Of a stretch of DNA of 64,000 nucleotides, positions 10,742-23,193 are shown piece by piece; within the stretch, counting starts at the first letter, position 1; every line of letters starts with the position of its first letter. Origin of the DNA: Macrostomum lignano (lineage: Eukaryota); NCBI GenBank assembly GCA_002269645.1, contig NIVC01001216.1:248001-312000 (forward strand), written 5' to 3'. The position numbers were made by a program, and so were the translations under genes. Under the pieces are notes generated by a model. It worked only from the letters and a program-made list of their open reading frames with translations. It was not told the origin of the DNA and ran no database searches.

Positions 10742-12592
10742 GAAGTAGACAGCTCTAACCTACCTCAGTTCTGTAGGTAGACAGCTCTAACCTACATCAG
10801 TTCTGTAAGTAGACAGCTCTAACCTACATCAGTTCTGTAAGTAGACAGTTCTAACCTACATCGGTTCTGTAAGTAGACAGTTCTAACCTACATCGGTTCT
10901 GTAAGTAGACAGCTCTACCCTACATCAGTTCTGTAAGTAGACAGCTCTAACCTACATCGGTTCTGTAAGTAGACAGTTCTAACCTACATCGGTTCTGTAA
11001 GTAGACAGCTCTACCCTACATCAGTTCTGTAAGTAGACAGTTCTAACCTACATCGGTTCTGTAAGTAGACAGCTCTAACCTACCTCAGTTCTGTAGGTAG
11101 ACAGCTCTAACCTACATCAGTTCTGTAAGTAGACAGTTCTAACTTACATCGGTTCTGTAAGTAGACAGTTCTAACCTACATCGGTTCTGTAAGTAGACAG
11201 TTCTAACCTACATCGGTTCTGTAAGTAGACAGCTCTACCCTACATCAGTTCTGTAAGTAGACAGTTCTAACCTACATCGGTTCTGTAAGTAGACAGCTCT
11301 AACCTACATCGGTTCTGTAAGTAGACAGCTCTAACCTACATCGGTTCTGTAAGTAGACAGCTCTAACCTACATCGGTTCTGTAAGTAGACAGCTCTAACC
11401 TACTTCAGTTCTGTAAGTAGACAGCTCTAACCTACATCGGTTCTGTAAGTAGACAGCTCTAACCTACATCGGTTCTGTAAGTAGACAGCTCTAACCTACA
11501 TCGGTTCTGTAAGTAGTCAGTTCTAACCTACATCGGTTCTGTAAGTAGACAGTTTTAACCTACATCGGTTCTGTAAGTAGACAGCTCTAACCTACCTCAG
11601 TTCTGTAAGTAGACAGCTCTAACCTACATCGGTTCTGTAAGTAGTCAGTTCTAACCTACATCGGTTCTGTAAGTAGACAGTTTTAACCTACATTGGTTCT
11701 GTAAGTAGACAGCTCTAACCTACCTCAGTTCTGTAAGTAGACAGCTCTAACCTACATCGGTTCTGTAAGTAGACAGCTCTAACCTACCTCAGTTCTGTAA
11801 GTAGACAGCTCTAACCTACCTCAGTTCTGTAAGTAGTCAGCTCTAACCTACCTCAGTTCTGTAAGTAGACAGCTCTAACCTACATCGGTTCTGTAAGTAG
11901 ACAGCTCTAACCTACGACGGTTCTGTAAGTAGACAGCTCTAACCTACATCGGTTCTGTAAGTAGACAGCTCTAACCTACGACGGTTCTGTAAGTAGACAG
12001 CTCTAACCTACATCGGTTCTGTAAGTAGACAGCTCTAACCTACATCGGTTCTGTAAGTAGACAGCTCTAACCTACATCGGTTCTGTAAGTAGACAGCTCT
12101 AACCTACATCGGTTCTGTAAGTAGACAGCTCTAACCTACATCGGTTCTGTAAGTAGACAGCTCTAACCTACATCGGTTCTGTAAGTAGACAGCTCTAACC
12201 TACGACGGTTCTGTAAGTAGACAGCTCTAACCTACATCGGTTCTGTAAGTAGACAGCTCTAACCTACATCGGTTCTGTAAGTAGACAGCTCTAACCTACA
12301 TCGGTTCTGTAAGTAGACAGCTCTAACCTACATCGGTTCTGTAAGTAGACAGCTCTAACCTACGACGGTTCTGTAAGTAGACAGCTCTAACCTACATCGG
12401 TTCTGTAAGTAGACAGCTCTAACCTACATCAGTTCTGTAAGTAGACAGCTCTAACCTACATCAGTTCTGTAAGTAGACAGCTCTAACCTACATCAGTTCT
12501 GTAAGTAGACAGCTCTAACCTACATCAGTTCTGTAAGTAGACAGCTCTAACGTACCTCAGTTCTGTAAGTAGACAGCTCTAACCTACGACGG
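10742..12592. repeat. 32-bp intronic minisatellite (GTAAGTAGACAGCTCTAACCTACATCGGTTCT), ~57 copies
   Basis: Period 32 (agctctaa at 10751 and 10783); fills DEG/ENaC intron 3. Confidence 0.95.
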
Positions 12593-12861
12593 TCATTTTC
12601 AAGTACACATTCTGTTTATTCAGCTGACTCTCCCACTGTACGCTGGCACACACCACAGATGGCACGCACCACAGATACTAAATACCAGTTTTTTTGTGGA
12701 GACATTTTTAGTCAGAATATTATTCGACCGATTTTTACATGGATGGGATAGCGACTAAAATTGGCAATCACGAGTGCAACCTCCTTTTCACCATAGCTGC
12801 CCATAATTGAAACAGTTTTAAAGAAACCTCTTGTATTCAGCCTAAAGAAACCGGCGCTCAC

Positions 12862-13138
12862 CTCTCAATGATGGAGATATTGCTAGTGCGAAAGTCTCCG
12901 CAGTAAGGTATCTGGTTGCTGGGCAGCCCTGCCGGACGGGGAAACCTTGACAACAGGCATTGGCACTTGGCAATGAACAGTTTGTTCATGTGGGCCTCCT
13001 TGCACGCCTGGTAGGAATAACGGTATCGATTTTGCAGGTCCTCGATCGCCGGTCTCCACCCGTCATGGCAACGGTCCATTGGTGAGTCCTGGGTCTCCTT
13101 CCACAGCACCGTGTCGAATGCGATTTCCACCATTTTGC
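12862..13138 (-). CDS. DEG/ENaC channel, exon 3 (Cys-rich thumb)
   Basis: ccattccag|GC (phase 1); YSYQACKEAHMNKLFIAKCQC; donor ag|GTGAGC, phase 2. Confidence 0.85.
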
Positions 13139-13152
13139 CTGGAATGGTTTCG

Positions 13153-14262
13153 GATTTCATTAGCTGTGGGATTTCATTAGCTGTGGGATTTCATTAGCTG
13201 TGGGATTTCATTAGCTGTGGGATTTCATTAGCTGTGGGATTTCATTAGCTGTGGGATTTCATTAGCTGTGGGATTTCATTAGCTGTGGGATTTCATTAGC
13301 TGTGGGATTTCATTAGCTGTGGGATTTCATTAGCTGTGGGATTTCATTAGCTGTGGGATTTCATTAGCTGTGGGATTTCATTAGCTGTGGGATTTCATTA
13401 GCTGTGGGATTTCATTAGCTGTGGGATTTCATTAGCTGTGGGATTTCATTAGCTGTGGGATTTCATTAGCTGTGGGATTTCATTAGCTGTGGGATTTCAT
13501 TAGCTGTGGGATTTCATTAGCTGTGGGATTTCATTAGCTGTGGGATTTCATTAGCTGTGGGATTTCATTAGCTGTGGGATTTCATTAGCTGTGGGATTTC
13601 ATTAGCTGTGGGATTTCATTAGCTGTGGGATTTCATTAGCTGTGGGATTTCATTAGCTGTGGGATTTCATTAGCTGTGGGATTTCATTAGCTGTGGGATT
13701 TCATTAGCTGTGGGATTTCATTAGCTGTGGGATTTCATTAGCTGTGGGATTTCATTAGCTGTGGGATTTCATTAGCTGAGGGATTTCATTAGCTGAGGGA
13801 TTTCTGTAGCTGTGGGATCTCTGTATTTATAGCGTTTCTGTAGTTATGGGATTTCTGTAGCTGTGGGATTTCTGTAGCTGTGGGATTTCTGTAGCTGTGG
13901 GATTTCTGTAGCTGTGGGATTTCTGTAGCTGTGGGATCTCTGTATTTATAGCGTTTCTGTAGTTATGGGATTTCTGTAGCTGTGGGATTTCTGTAGCTGT
14001 GGGATTTCTGTAGCTGTGGGATTTCTGTAGCTGTGGGATTTCTGTAGCTAGGGAAATTCTGTAGCTGTGGGATTTCTGTAACTAGGGAAATTCTGTAGCT
14101 ATGGGACTTCTGTAGATATGGGATTTCTGTAGCCATGGGATCTCTGTAGATATGGAATTTCTGTAGCCATGGGATCTCTGTAGATATGGGATTTCTGTAG
14201 CTGTGGGATCTTTGTATTTATGGATTTCTGTAGTTATGGGATCTCTGTAGCTATGGGATTTC
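13153..14262. repeat. 17-bp intronic minisatellite in two phases: (TTCATTAGCTGTGGGAT)n to ~13800, then diverging (TTCTGTAGCTGTGGGAT)n
   Basis: Homogeneous ~38-copy block followed by a variant, degenerating block. Confidence 0.95.
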
Positions 14263-14649
14263 TAATTGGGAAATTCGCATGAAGGAAGGTAGTATTTTAT
14301 GTTTAATATCTGTAGAAATTTTCGATCAAACGGCGGCTCATATTGCAGGCAGCCATATGAAAATTAGCAATTGCAATTTTCATTACAATTTACTCTAGGC
14401 CAATTAAGTAAATTGAATTCAAAATCGGCAGTGCAGTCTGCATCAATTTTTGGAATGGGATATTTATGGGAGAGCCTTCTGACAGCTCTAAATGCTTCAG
14501 TTGGCCATCACTGTGCTTCAGTCTTGTGCAAAATGCCTTCTGCTTATTATTTATAGCTTCCAGGTTTCCTGATTGAGGACTTACAACTGTCAAGTTTGAT
14601 TGGAGAATCCAACTGTTCTCTGTGGGATCTTATTGTCATTTGTGAGATT

Positions 14650-15310
14650 TGTGTGGGATCTCACAATCCTATGAGAGATTAATGTGGGATCTCACAATCC
14701 TATGAGAGATTTGTGTGGAATCTCACAATCCTATGAGAGATTAATGTGGGATCTCACAATCCTATGAGAGATTAATGTGGGATCTCACAATCCTATGAGA
14801 GATTAATGTGGGATCTCACAATCCTATGAGAGATTAATGTGGGATCTCACAATCCTATGAGAGATTTGTGTGGAATCTCACAATCCTATGGGAGAATCGG
14901 GTGCATAGTATCTCAAATCCTATGAGAGATTAATGTGGGATCTCACAATCCTATGAGAGATTTGTGTGGGATCTCAAAATCCTATGAGAGATCATTGTGG
15001 GATCTCACAATTCTATGAGAGATTATTGTGAGATCTCAAAATCCTATGAGAGATTCGTGTAGGATCTCACAATTCTATGAGAGATTCGTGTGGGCTCTCA
15101 AAATCCTATGAGAGATTCTTGTAGGATCTCACAATCCTATGAGAGATTCATTTGGGATCCCATAATCTTATGAGAGATTCGTGTAGGATCTCACAATCCT
15201 ATGAGAGATTCATTTGGGATCCCATAATCTTATGAGGGATTCGTGTGGGATCTCACAATCCTATGAGAGATTCGTGAGGGATCTCACAATCCTATGAGAG
15301 ATTCATGTGG
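14650..15310. repeat. ~31-bp intronic minisatellite (GTGGGATCTCACAATCCTATGAGAGATTAAT)
   Basis: About 20 copies with drifting variants. Confidence 0.9.
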
Positions 15311-15639
15311 AGTTTCTTTTTTCTTTTTAGAGAGAGCAATGTGTGATCTCGGTGTGATACAAGATTTTCGGTTGGAATGTCTTAAAATATGTCCTTGGCT
15401 AAATTCTCATTGCTCTCCACGTGTGATCTACATTTAGTTTTAGAATGGAGAAAATTCAAATACAATTGTAATTTGCATGAAAGCGAGATTAGCCCGAAGA
15501 AACGGTCTTAGGGTATCTTTAGGGCAGTGGGTTGCTAGCTGATTCCGAGCGGAAAAGTCTTGCTCAAAGGCTGTGTCAAAAAAACTGCGCTCATAGTTTT
15601 TGTTCCTCTAATAGTATTAGAAGTCTAATAGTCTAATCT

Positions 15640-16930
15640 CCTTCTCAGGCTCCTTCTCATGCTCCTTCTCAGGCTCCTTCTCATGCTCCTTCTCATGCTC
15701 CTTCTCATGCTCCTTCTCATGCTCCTTCTCATGCTCCTTCTCATGCTCCTTCTCAGGCTCCTTCTCAGGCTCCTTCCCAGGCTCCTTCTCAGGTTCCTTC
15801 TCAGGCTCCTTCTCAGGCTCCTTCTCAGGCTCCTTCTCATGCTCCTTCTCAGGTTCCTTTTCAGGCTCCTTCTCATGCTCCTTCTCATGCTCCTTCTCAG
15901 GCTCCTTCCCAGGCTCCTTCCCAGGCTCCTTCTCAGGTTCCTTCTCAGGCTCCTTCTCAGGCTCCTTCTCAGGCTCCTTCTCAGGCTCCTTCTCAGGCTC
16001 CTTCTCAGGCTCCTTCTCAGGCTCCTTCTCAGGCTCCTTCTCAGGCTCCTTCTCAGGCTCCTTCTCAGGCTCCTTCTCAGGCTCCTTCTCAGGCTCCTTC
16101 TCAGGCTCCTTCTCAGGCTCCTTCTCAGGCTCCTTCTCAGGCTCCTTCTCATGCTCCTTCTCATGCTCCTTCTCATGCTCCTTCTCATGCTCCTTCTCAT
16201 GCTCCTTCTCATGCTCCTTCTCATGCTCCTTTTCAGGTTCCTTTTCAGGCTCCTTCTCATGCTCTTTCTCATCATTCTCAGGCTACTTCTCATGCTCCTT
16301 CTCATGCTCCTTCTCATGCTCCTTCTCATGCTCCTTCTCATGCTCCTTCTCAGGCTCCTTCCCAGGCTCCTTCCCAGGCTCCTTCTCAGGTTCCTTCTCA
16401 GGCTCCTTTTCAGGCTCCTTCTCAGGCTCCTTCTCAGGCTCCTTCTCAGGCTCCTTCTCAGGCTCCTTCTCAGGCTCCTTCTCAGGCTCCTTCTCAGGCT
16501 CCTTCTCAGGCTCCTTCTCAGGCTCCTTCTCAGGCTCCTTCTCAGGCTCCTTCTCAGGCTCCTTCTCAGGTTCCTTCTCAGGCTCCTTCTCAGGCTCCTT
16601 CTCATGCTCCTTCTCATGCTCCTTCTCATGCTCCTTCTCATGCTCCTTCTCATGCTCCTTCTCATGCTCCTTTTCAGGTTCCTTTTCAGGCTCCTTCTCA
16701 TGCTCTTTCTCATCATTCTCAGGCTACTTCTCATGCTCCTTCTCATGCTCCTTCTCATGCTCCTTCTCATGCTCCTTCTCATGCTCCTTCTCATGCTCCT
16801 TCTCATGCTCCTTCTCATGCTCCTTTTCAGGTTCCTTTTCAGGTTCCTTTTCAGGCTCCTTCTCATGCTCTTTCTCATCATTCTCAGGCTACTTCTCATG
16901 CTCTTTCTCATCATTTTCAGGCTACTTTTA
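15640..16930. repeat. 12-bp intronic minisatellite (GCTCCTTCTCAK) with higher-order duplication
   Basis: About 105 units; a diagnostic variant block recurs at 16283 and 16724 (441-bp spacing). Confidence 0.95.
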
Positions 16931-17447
16931 ACTCCAGGCACGGTGTATGTAAATGTATGTAGAGTCTAAAAGTGCCAAAAGTCTTGTAAGTCAAAGAGAC
17001 CACAGACTCAGTTCGTACTCGATCAAATATCAAGTGCGATATTGATTTCAGATTAAAGTGCAAATTCGATCAATTCTCAATTTCACGAATTCGTCTGGAT
17101 TGGGGTTTCTAAAAATAAGGTAGGGTCAGTTAAGACTCAATTTATGCTGTCTGTGCATAATTCAGCTCTTTAACAGCACCCTAAATCGGTGTGAAGGTTT
17201 TCTCAACCAAGGACATAGTTAGCTCTGTACATCCAGCCATTCGGTTTTATGCGTATTTGATGGACGCAGCTAGACGCATTGATATAGATCTATGACAGCC
17301 AAGCAGACACCCACTAAATCTAAATCCTATGGGAATTAAATGGAATAAGAACGCGTCCAAAGCTTCGTGCCTTCAAAACTTCGGAGAAAGAATGGGGATC
17401 TTACGTCAGTCTTCGAAGCCTCTATGAGGCTCTTCCATCGGATTCAC

Positions 17448-17829
17448 CTGGCTCAATATGCACTCCAGCATTCTCAATACCGGGATAGAGGTTCGCCTCG
17501 TGTAGCAGCAGGCGCAGCCCGTAGGCCTGGTCGAACACGTCCATCACGAAGGCCTGCTCCCAGGGGTGCTGTCGCGAGTTCGAACCCAGATTCACAATGA
17601 GATACACAGCCGACATTGCTTGCGACTTGTCCGCCTGCGTCGGCTTAACCGTGTAGCAGTTGAAGTACTTCGGGTGCGAGACCAGCTGAAAGGTTAGTTG
17701 GCATTCGCTGGCTTTGCCAACCATCACATAGTTCCCGATGGCGATCATGCAGTGAAGGAGGAACTCGTCCACACTGTGACCCATGGACACGGTCACGTTT
17801 GGGTCCAGATTCTGATAATAGGTGTTCAC
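17448..17829 (-). CDS. DEG/ENaC channel, exon 2
   Basis: ttcgcag|GTG; HPKYFNCYT and GLRLLLHE...GVHIEPG match the family motifs (GNCYTF; G.R...H; G..V.PG); donor g|GTGAAT, phase 1. Confidence 0.9.
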
Positions 17830-18394
17830 CTGCGAAAATGAAAATAATATAAAAATATACTCCAGCTAAGCTCATATTTATGAGCATTGCGAAAGCATTG
17901 CGTCAGGGTGCCCAAAGTCCTGCCATTATTATTATCGCTGTCTGAGGTTACACCAGGTCATGCAGCGTCTTTTTAGAGGCTTTCTGACACAAATAATAAA
18001 TAAAGGTAGTGCTGATTGTTTCAATTAAAGAAAAGACTTTGCTGGTGGTTGAAAACTGAGACAAGACAGTTCAAGTAGTTTCCTGGGTAGCAGTTGCCTC
18101 TGGGGGGCTCCAGTTGGCATTAAAAATTAAAAAAGTCGGTTATAAAAGCAAGTTATAAAACAGAGATTTTAGCCAATTAATTTGTTAATTCTACAGACGC
18201 GTTCTACAGAGTACAAAACTGTCTCGGTTATATTGTAACACAACTATATCTGTATGTCCGCAGACAGTCCGAACTCTTGCCAGAATACTCTCGATCTCTC
18301 TCTATCCTCTTTTAAACTAAAACATTTTTCCTCGCCTTATGGTAGGTCCTATTGTCATTCTGCAATAGCTATCGAGAACAAACACTTCTTTAAA

Positions 18395-18710
18395 CACTAC
18401 CAATCGTTGCGAAACAGTCATGCAGCATTGAAAACCATGCACTACCAATTGTTGCGAAACAGTCATGCAACATTGAAAAACACTACCAATTGTTGCGAAA
18501 CAGTCATGCAACATTGAAAAACACTACCAATTGTTGCGAAACAGTCATGCAACATTGAAAACCACTACCAATCGTTGTGAAGCAGTCATGCAACATTGAA
18601 AACCACTACCAATCGTTGTGAAGCAGTCATGCAACATTGAAAAACACTGTAACGACCAATCGTTGCGAAACAGTCATGCAACATTGAAAACCACTACCAA
18701 TCGTTCAGAA
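18395..18710. repeat. 41-bp intronic minisatellite (CTACCAATTGTTGCGAAACAGTCATGCAACATTGAAAAACA)
   Basis: About 7-8 copies in DEG/ENaC intron 1. Confidence 0.9.
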
Positions 18711-18766
18711 AAAGTCATATCTGAGCGTAACACCTACGACAGGCCACCCTTCATCCAAAACCGAAC

Positions 18767-19258
18767 CTTGTCATAAAACAGCAGCGTGTTGGCCAGTCGC
18801 AGGTTGCCGCTGAACAACAACTGTCTGGTCAGTTGTCTCAACCGCCGGTTGAAAGTCGCTGGTGCCAGTTGTCCGTCGCGCTGCTGCCACATTGTAGCCG
18901 CCCTAGGCGAGAACGGATAATGACTGCAGATTGTGATGGCGGGAAAGTCGCTGGGATCATTGCCTATGACTGACGTCTGCACTGACACGTCGTACTCTCG
19001 ATAGTTCATCAGCACCCTAGTGGACGAGTACACTAACAGGATGAACATGGCCAGGACAAAGACTAGCCAGAGTATTCGAAGGAAAGTTGTGTCAGCTCGA
19101 CAGATCTTTGGCACACCGCGCAGGCTGCTGTTGCTGCAGAACAGCTGCCGAATGTTGGCAGAAGGCTGAGGCACTGGCTTGGTCGGCAGTGATGAGTCGG
19201 TATTGAGGTGCATTAGCTCGGGAACTCTGTTGTTTTTTGCCGATTCTTCAGAGCGCAT
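18767..19258 (-). CDS. DEG/ENaC channel, exon 1 (pre-TM1, TM1, FPAITIC)
   Basis: FCSNSSLRGV (HG-motif region), TM1 RILWLVFVLAMFILLVY, FPAITICS; donor AAG|GTTCGG. The start codon is less certain. Confidence 0.85.
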
Positions 19259-20669
19259 ACTTTCGGGCAGAATCTTAATAGCGGCCTGCTTTGATGAATC
19301 TGACAGCTGAGTTGCAGCATCGATAGTTGGAAGCCTATATGTAGCGATATATTTGGCTGATTCCCGACCAATTGGAATTCAGGGCTGATTACTCGTGGCT
19401 GCATGGATTCGTCTGTGCAGCCTTGGGTAGGATTATTCATTTAGATTCTCATCTGGTATCGCGTTTATTTATGAAAAGAAACAGATTCATGCAATTAATC
19501 CTTCAAATCTCAGGAATGCAATTATAAAGACATGTAATTGGAAAAGCAAAAGCCAAAAAGATAGGCATGAAGTAATAAAGCTTTCAGATAAGAGCCAGTT
19601 AAACGATAAATGGAGCTTGTGTCCAGTGTCTGGATTTCGTGGGTGCAAATTATTCAACTCCCCGATATCTGGTAGGTTCCTCCGCTTCATTCAAGTATCA
19701 CTGAGCACTGCCAGCAAATTTCATTGGGACAATTTATGACATTCTCTTGGGTTTTATTAACAGCATATAGTATCCATATAAAATGATCATTAATATGCAA
19801 TAAATATGAACATGGGCTACTATGCCATTGCCCACTGAGACACGGGTTTGCGGATATTCCGGCCAAGCATGTATCTTTGAATATGATATGATATACTGTA
19901 GTGCAAATTAACCAATAAGATCAAATAACCCGCCTAGAAAATAATAGGTCACGATGCATGGTCTGCACGGAAAAAGTACAACTATGTTATGTGTCATTTT
20001 CATTTCATTTCATTTTACGTAGGCACATATATTTGCAGCGAGAGTTCCAATCAAGCAAGAAATGACCATCATTTATAATGAAAAGATAATGAATTCAAGC
20101 ACGAAATAATAATGTTTTACTTGTACAGCTAAGATCGAAGCTCATCCTAGTACACATAATTGTACCAGAAATAATATTTTGCATTACACGTAGAAAATCG
20201 TTGTTAGCGCGATAATTTTAACACTAAATGACCGAGTTTTAAGAATAAAATGTATGAAGCTTGTATGCAAGCACATATGTAATCTATCTATGAAATTGAC
20301 ATTTCATGCCTTCTGACTAATTAAAGTGTACATGTTTATATATTTATGTACAAAATTGGCAAGAGAAACGCATTGTTATGTATTGGTCTAATGTATAAAC
20401 TGCAATAGTATTATATCGAATATTGTTAGATGCATTTTATCAGAAGAAGTAGAGCTGTATTGAATATCTAAGTCTGAATTTGACGAAATTAACAGAATTA
20501 AATAGCGTACTATATTGACAAGTAAACGAAGAAAATTTCTAACGATAATCTGATTACTATAGGTTTCTATTATGTATTTTTACAAAAAAATATATGTGCT
20601 ACTGCAAACTTAAGAATATATTTTAAATTTCATGTTGACACAAAATCGTTATTTTTGTTTTACTTTTAA

Positions 20670-20684
20670 ATCGCTAGTGGAAAC
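20670..20684 (+). promoter_or_regulatory. Possible degenerate RFX X-box upstream of AK9
   Basis: ATCGCT-AGT-GGAAAC, ~113 bp before the ATG; weak fit to RTYNCY-N(0-3)-RGNAAC. Confidence 0.3.
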
Positions 20685-20796
20685 GAAAGCAGATTGGATT
20701 TGAAGTCCTGGCGCAAAATGATTTATTGTAAAAAACTGGAGCAACAGTAGCCCAAGTTAGATTTTATTCCTGAGTTAATATGACTTGACTATCTAA

Positions 20797-21159
20797 ATGA
20801 GTACAACAGCAGATTCATTTGGAGCTTTCGACCCGTCTCCTATTAGATCAAGGGTCAAAAGCCAAACTGAAAAGGATAAAATTTCTAGCTTGATTAAGAA
20901 CGAACATGTTGATCCGTTTTCAGAAGACGATGCAGAATTGTTGACACTAAATCGAAAGCCAGCATGCTTCTTAATAATTGGAAAGCCTGGTTCAGGAAAG
21001 ACCACTTTGGCTAAAAAGATTCGTGATGCTTTTAATTGTGAGCTCGTTAATCCAACAGAAATTCTAAATGGGATAATTCACACAGAGACTGAGCTCGGAG
21101 AAGAACTTCGAAAAAAGCTGGAAGCAGGCGAGATTTTGAGTGATGAAGTTGTTTTTAAT
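20797..21159 (+). CDS. AK9: Adenylate kinase 9, exon 1
   Basis: P-loop IIGKPGSGKTTLA; donor AAT|GTAAGA. Confidence 0.9.
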
Positions 21160-22201
21160 GTAAGATTTTTTCAGTGTCGAATATATATGCATACATATAT
21201 TTTTTGCTTTTGTTTATAGAAATATGTAGAGCATAAATCACAGTAAAATATAGTTATTAAAGTTAGTAGACTAAATTTGAGAAGGAAGTTGCAAATGTGT
21301 AATAACTTTCATAAAATTTCTTAAGCATGTACTTTAGCTCTTTAATTTACCAGGTGTTTTACAGAATGTTAAAGACATAACATTTAGTTTCAGTTTTAAA
21401 ATTTTCCATCAGTTTAATATACACTTGCATTTGGCATAGAGCTATAGACAGAAAATAATTTTTTGCAGTTGAAATGGTGCACAGTCAGCACAGAGGCTTC
21501 TTTTTCTTGTTGGGCTTTGATATTTACCTAAAATTGACAAAAATATTATCTCAACTGATTTAATGGACCTTAAACTTTAATAATAGAAGTAATAGTAGGG
21601 CTGGATATATCAATATCGTATAGCATTGTTCCTTGGAATCGGTATTCATAAATTTATAGCACACAAAGAGATGGACTTGAATTATCAGACGAAAATCCGA
21701 TAATATCAAAATAGTATTGTGACATTTCATGTTTCTCTTTTATTTCTTGAAAAAGTAAACAAAAATATGGTACTAATTTCTGATGCCTGTTGATATTTTA
21801 TTATATTTTGCTTTTCTAAAAGGTAAATATTCTGTACTTTTGAACTAAGTTAGTCTACAGCAAAATAAATGTAATTCAACAATACTAATCTGAATTTATT
21901 TTCTATGAATTTTGCTTAAGCATTCAGGCGGACATTAACGAAAGCTGGTAATTTACATGAACAGAAATTTTCTACAATGCGTTGATAAAATTGTCGTTTT
22001 ATTTTCACTGCATTTGTATTGTATTTGGTCACTGATCATTCAATGTGGTGCAATTTTTCGCTTTTTACTTTTTAAATAATTATGGAGAAAAATTCACAAG
22101 GAGGCAGTTTCGCCACTTTCACAGTTAGTTTACTACAGCTAATGTATCTACGCTCGTACTTTAATTAATGTTGCATTTTTCAATTTCTTTCGCCAACTCA
22201 G

Positions 22202-22917
22202 CTGCTATTGGACAAACTGAAGTCGCCAGAGGTGCAGCATCATGGCTATGTCCTGGATGGCCTGCCCTGCTCAAACGACAGCTTCATGCCGATGCAGAAG
22301 CAGCTGGATCTGCTCAAATCAATGTCCCTGTCGCCCGACTACATCCTGCACCTGAAGCTGACTAACGAGGATCTTCAATCGCGACGGGTCACCGTCCGGA
22401 TCGACTTCGAGGACGGCGCCCTCTACGGCAAGGAGTTTTACGACCCGGACAAGCCGGAGAAGCAGCCTAAAGAGGAGAAACCTGAGCCGGACGCAGACGA
22501 CGATGAGGAAGAGGAAGAAGAAGAGGAGCTCGAAGAGGAAGAGGAGCTGGAACTGCCAGGCAGCGCGGACTTCCCGCTTCTGGCACCGGAAGTGATCCAG
22601 CGACTGCTACGTCGGCCCGAGGACATGCCGCAGTCGGTGACGGCCGGCATTGACGACTACGTGGCGCGGTGCCAACGCCTGGTAGAGGACCTGATGTCCG
22701 ATCACGATCAACAATGCGTTATCGAGCTCAACGCAACTCTGCTGCCGTCAGACATCTTCCGGCAGGTCCAGTTGAAGCTGCAGAGCCTCGGCGTTCAACC
22801 GGCGGTGACGCCGATGCGTCTGTTTGAGGCTGGCAACGAGGAAGACCAGCCGCCTGAGGACATGGACACCGAGGAGCTCATGCGCATGCTGGGGCCCAAG
22901 AAAATGCCAGCACCAAG
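22202..22917 (+). CDS. AK9: Adenylate kinase 9, exon 2
   Basis: caactcag|CTG; HHGYVLDGLP adenylate-kinase motif; donor ag|GTGAAT, phase 2. Confidence 0.9.
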
Positions 22918-23193
22918 GTGAATGAAACCCATAGAATTATGGTTGGAAGCTTGTGAACATACTCGTATCTATAGTTTACTACACTGTGAAAATTTAGGAA
23001 GCTAGTAAACTTCTAGGACCAAGAGCGAAACTGTCAGACCTTCGTGACTACGAGGTATGTAGGAAGCTCAGGAAGTTAAGCTAGTTGTCCTCTATGACTA
23101 GATACGAACCCAATGATATTCCGTGACTACGAGCTAAAAGAGAACCAACCACCCAGGAAGCAAACCAATGACCCACTATAACCGCACTTACAG

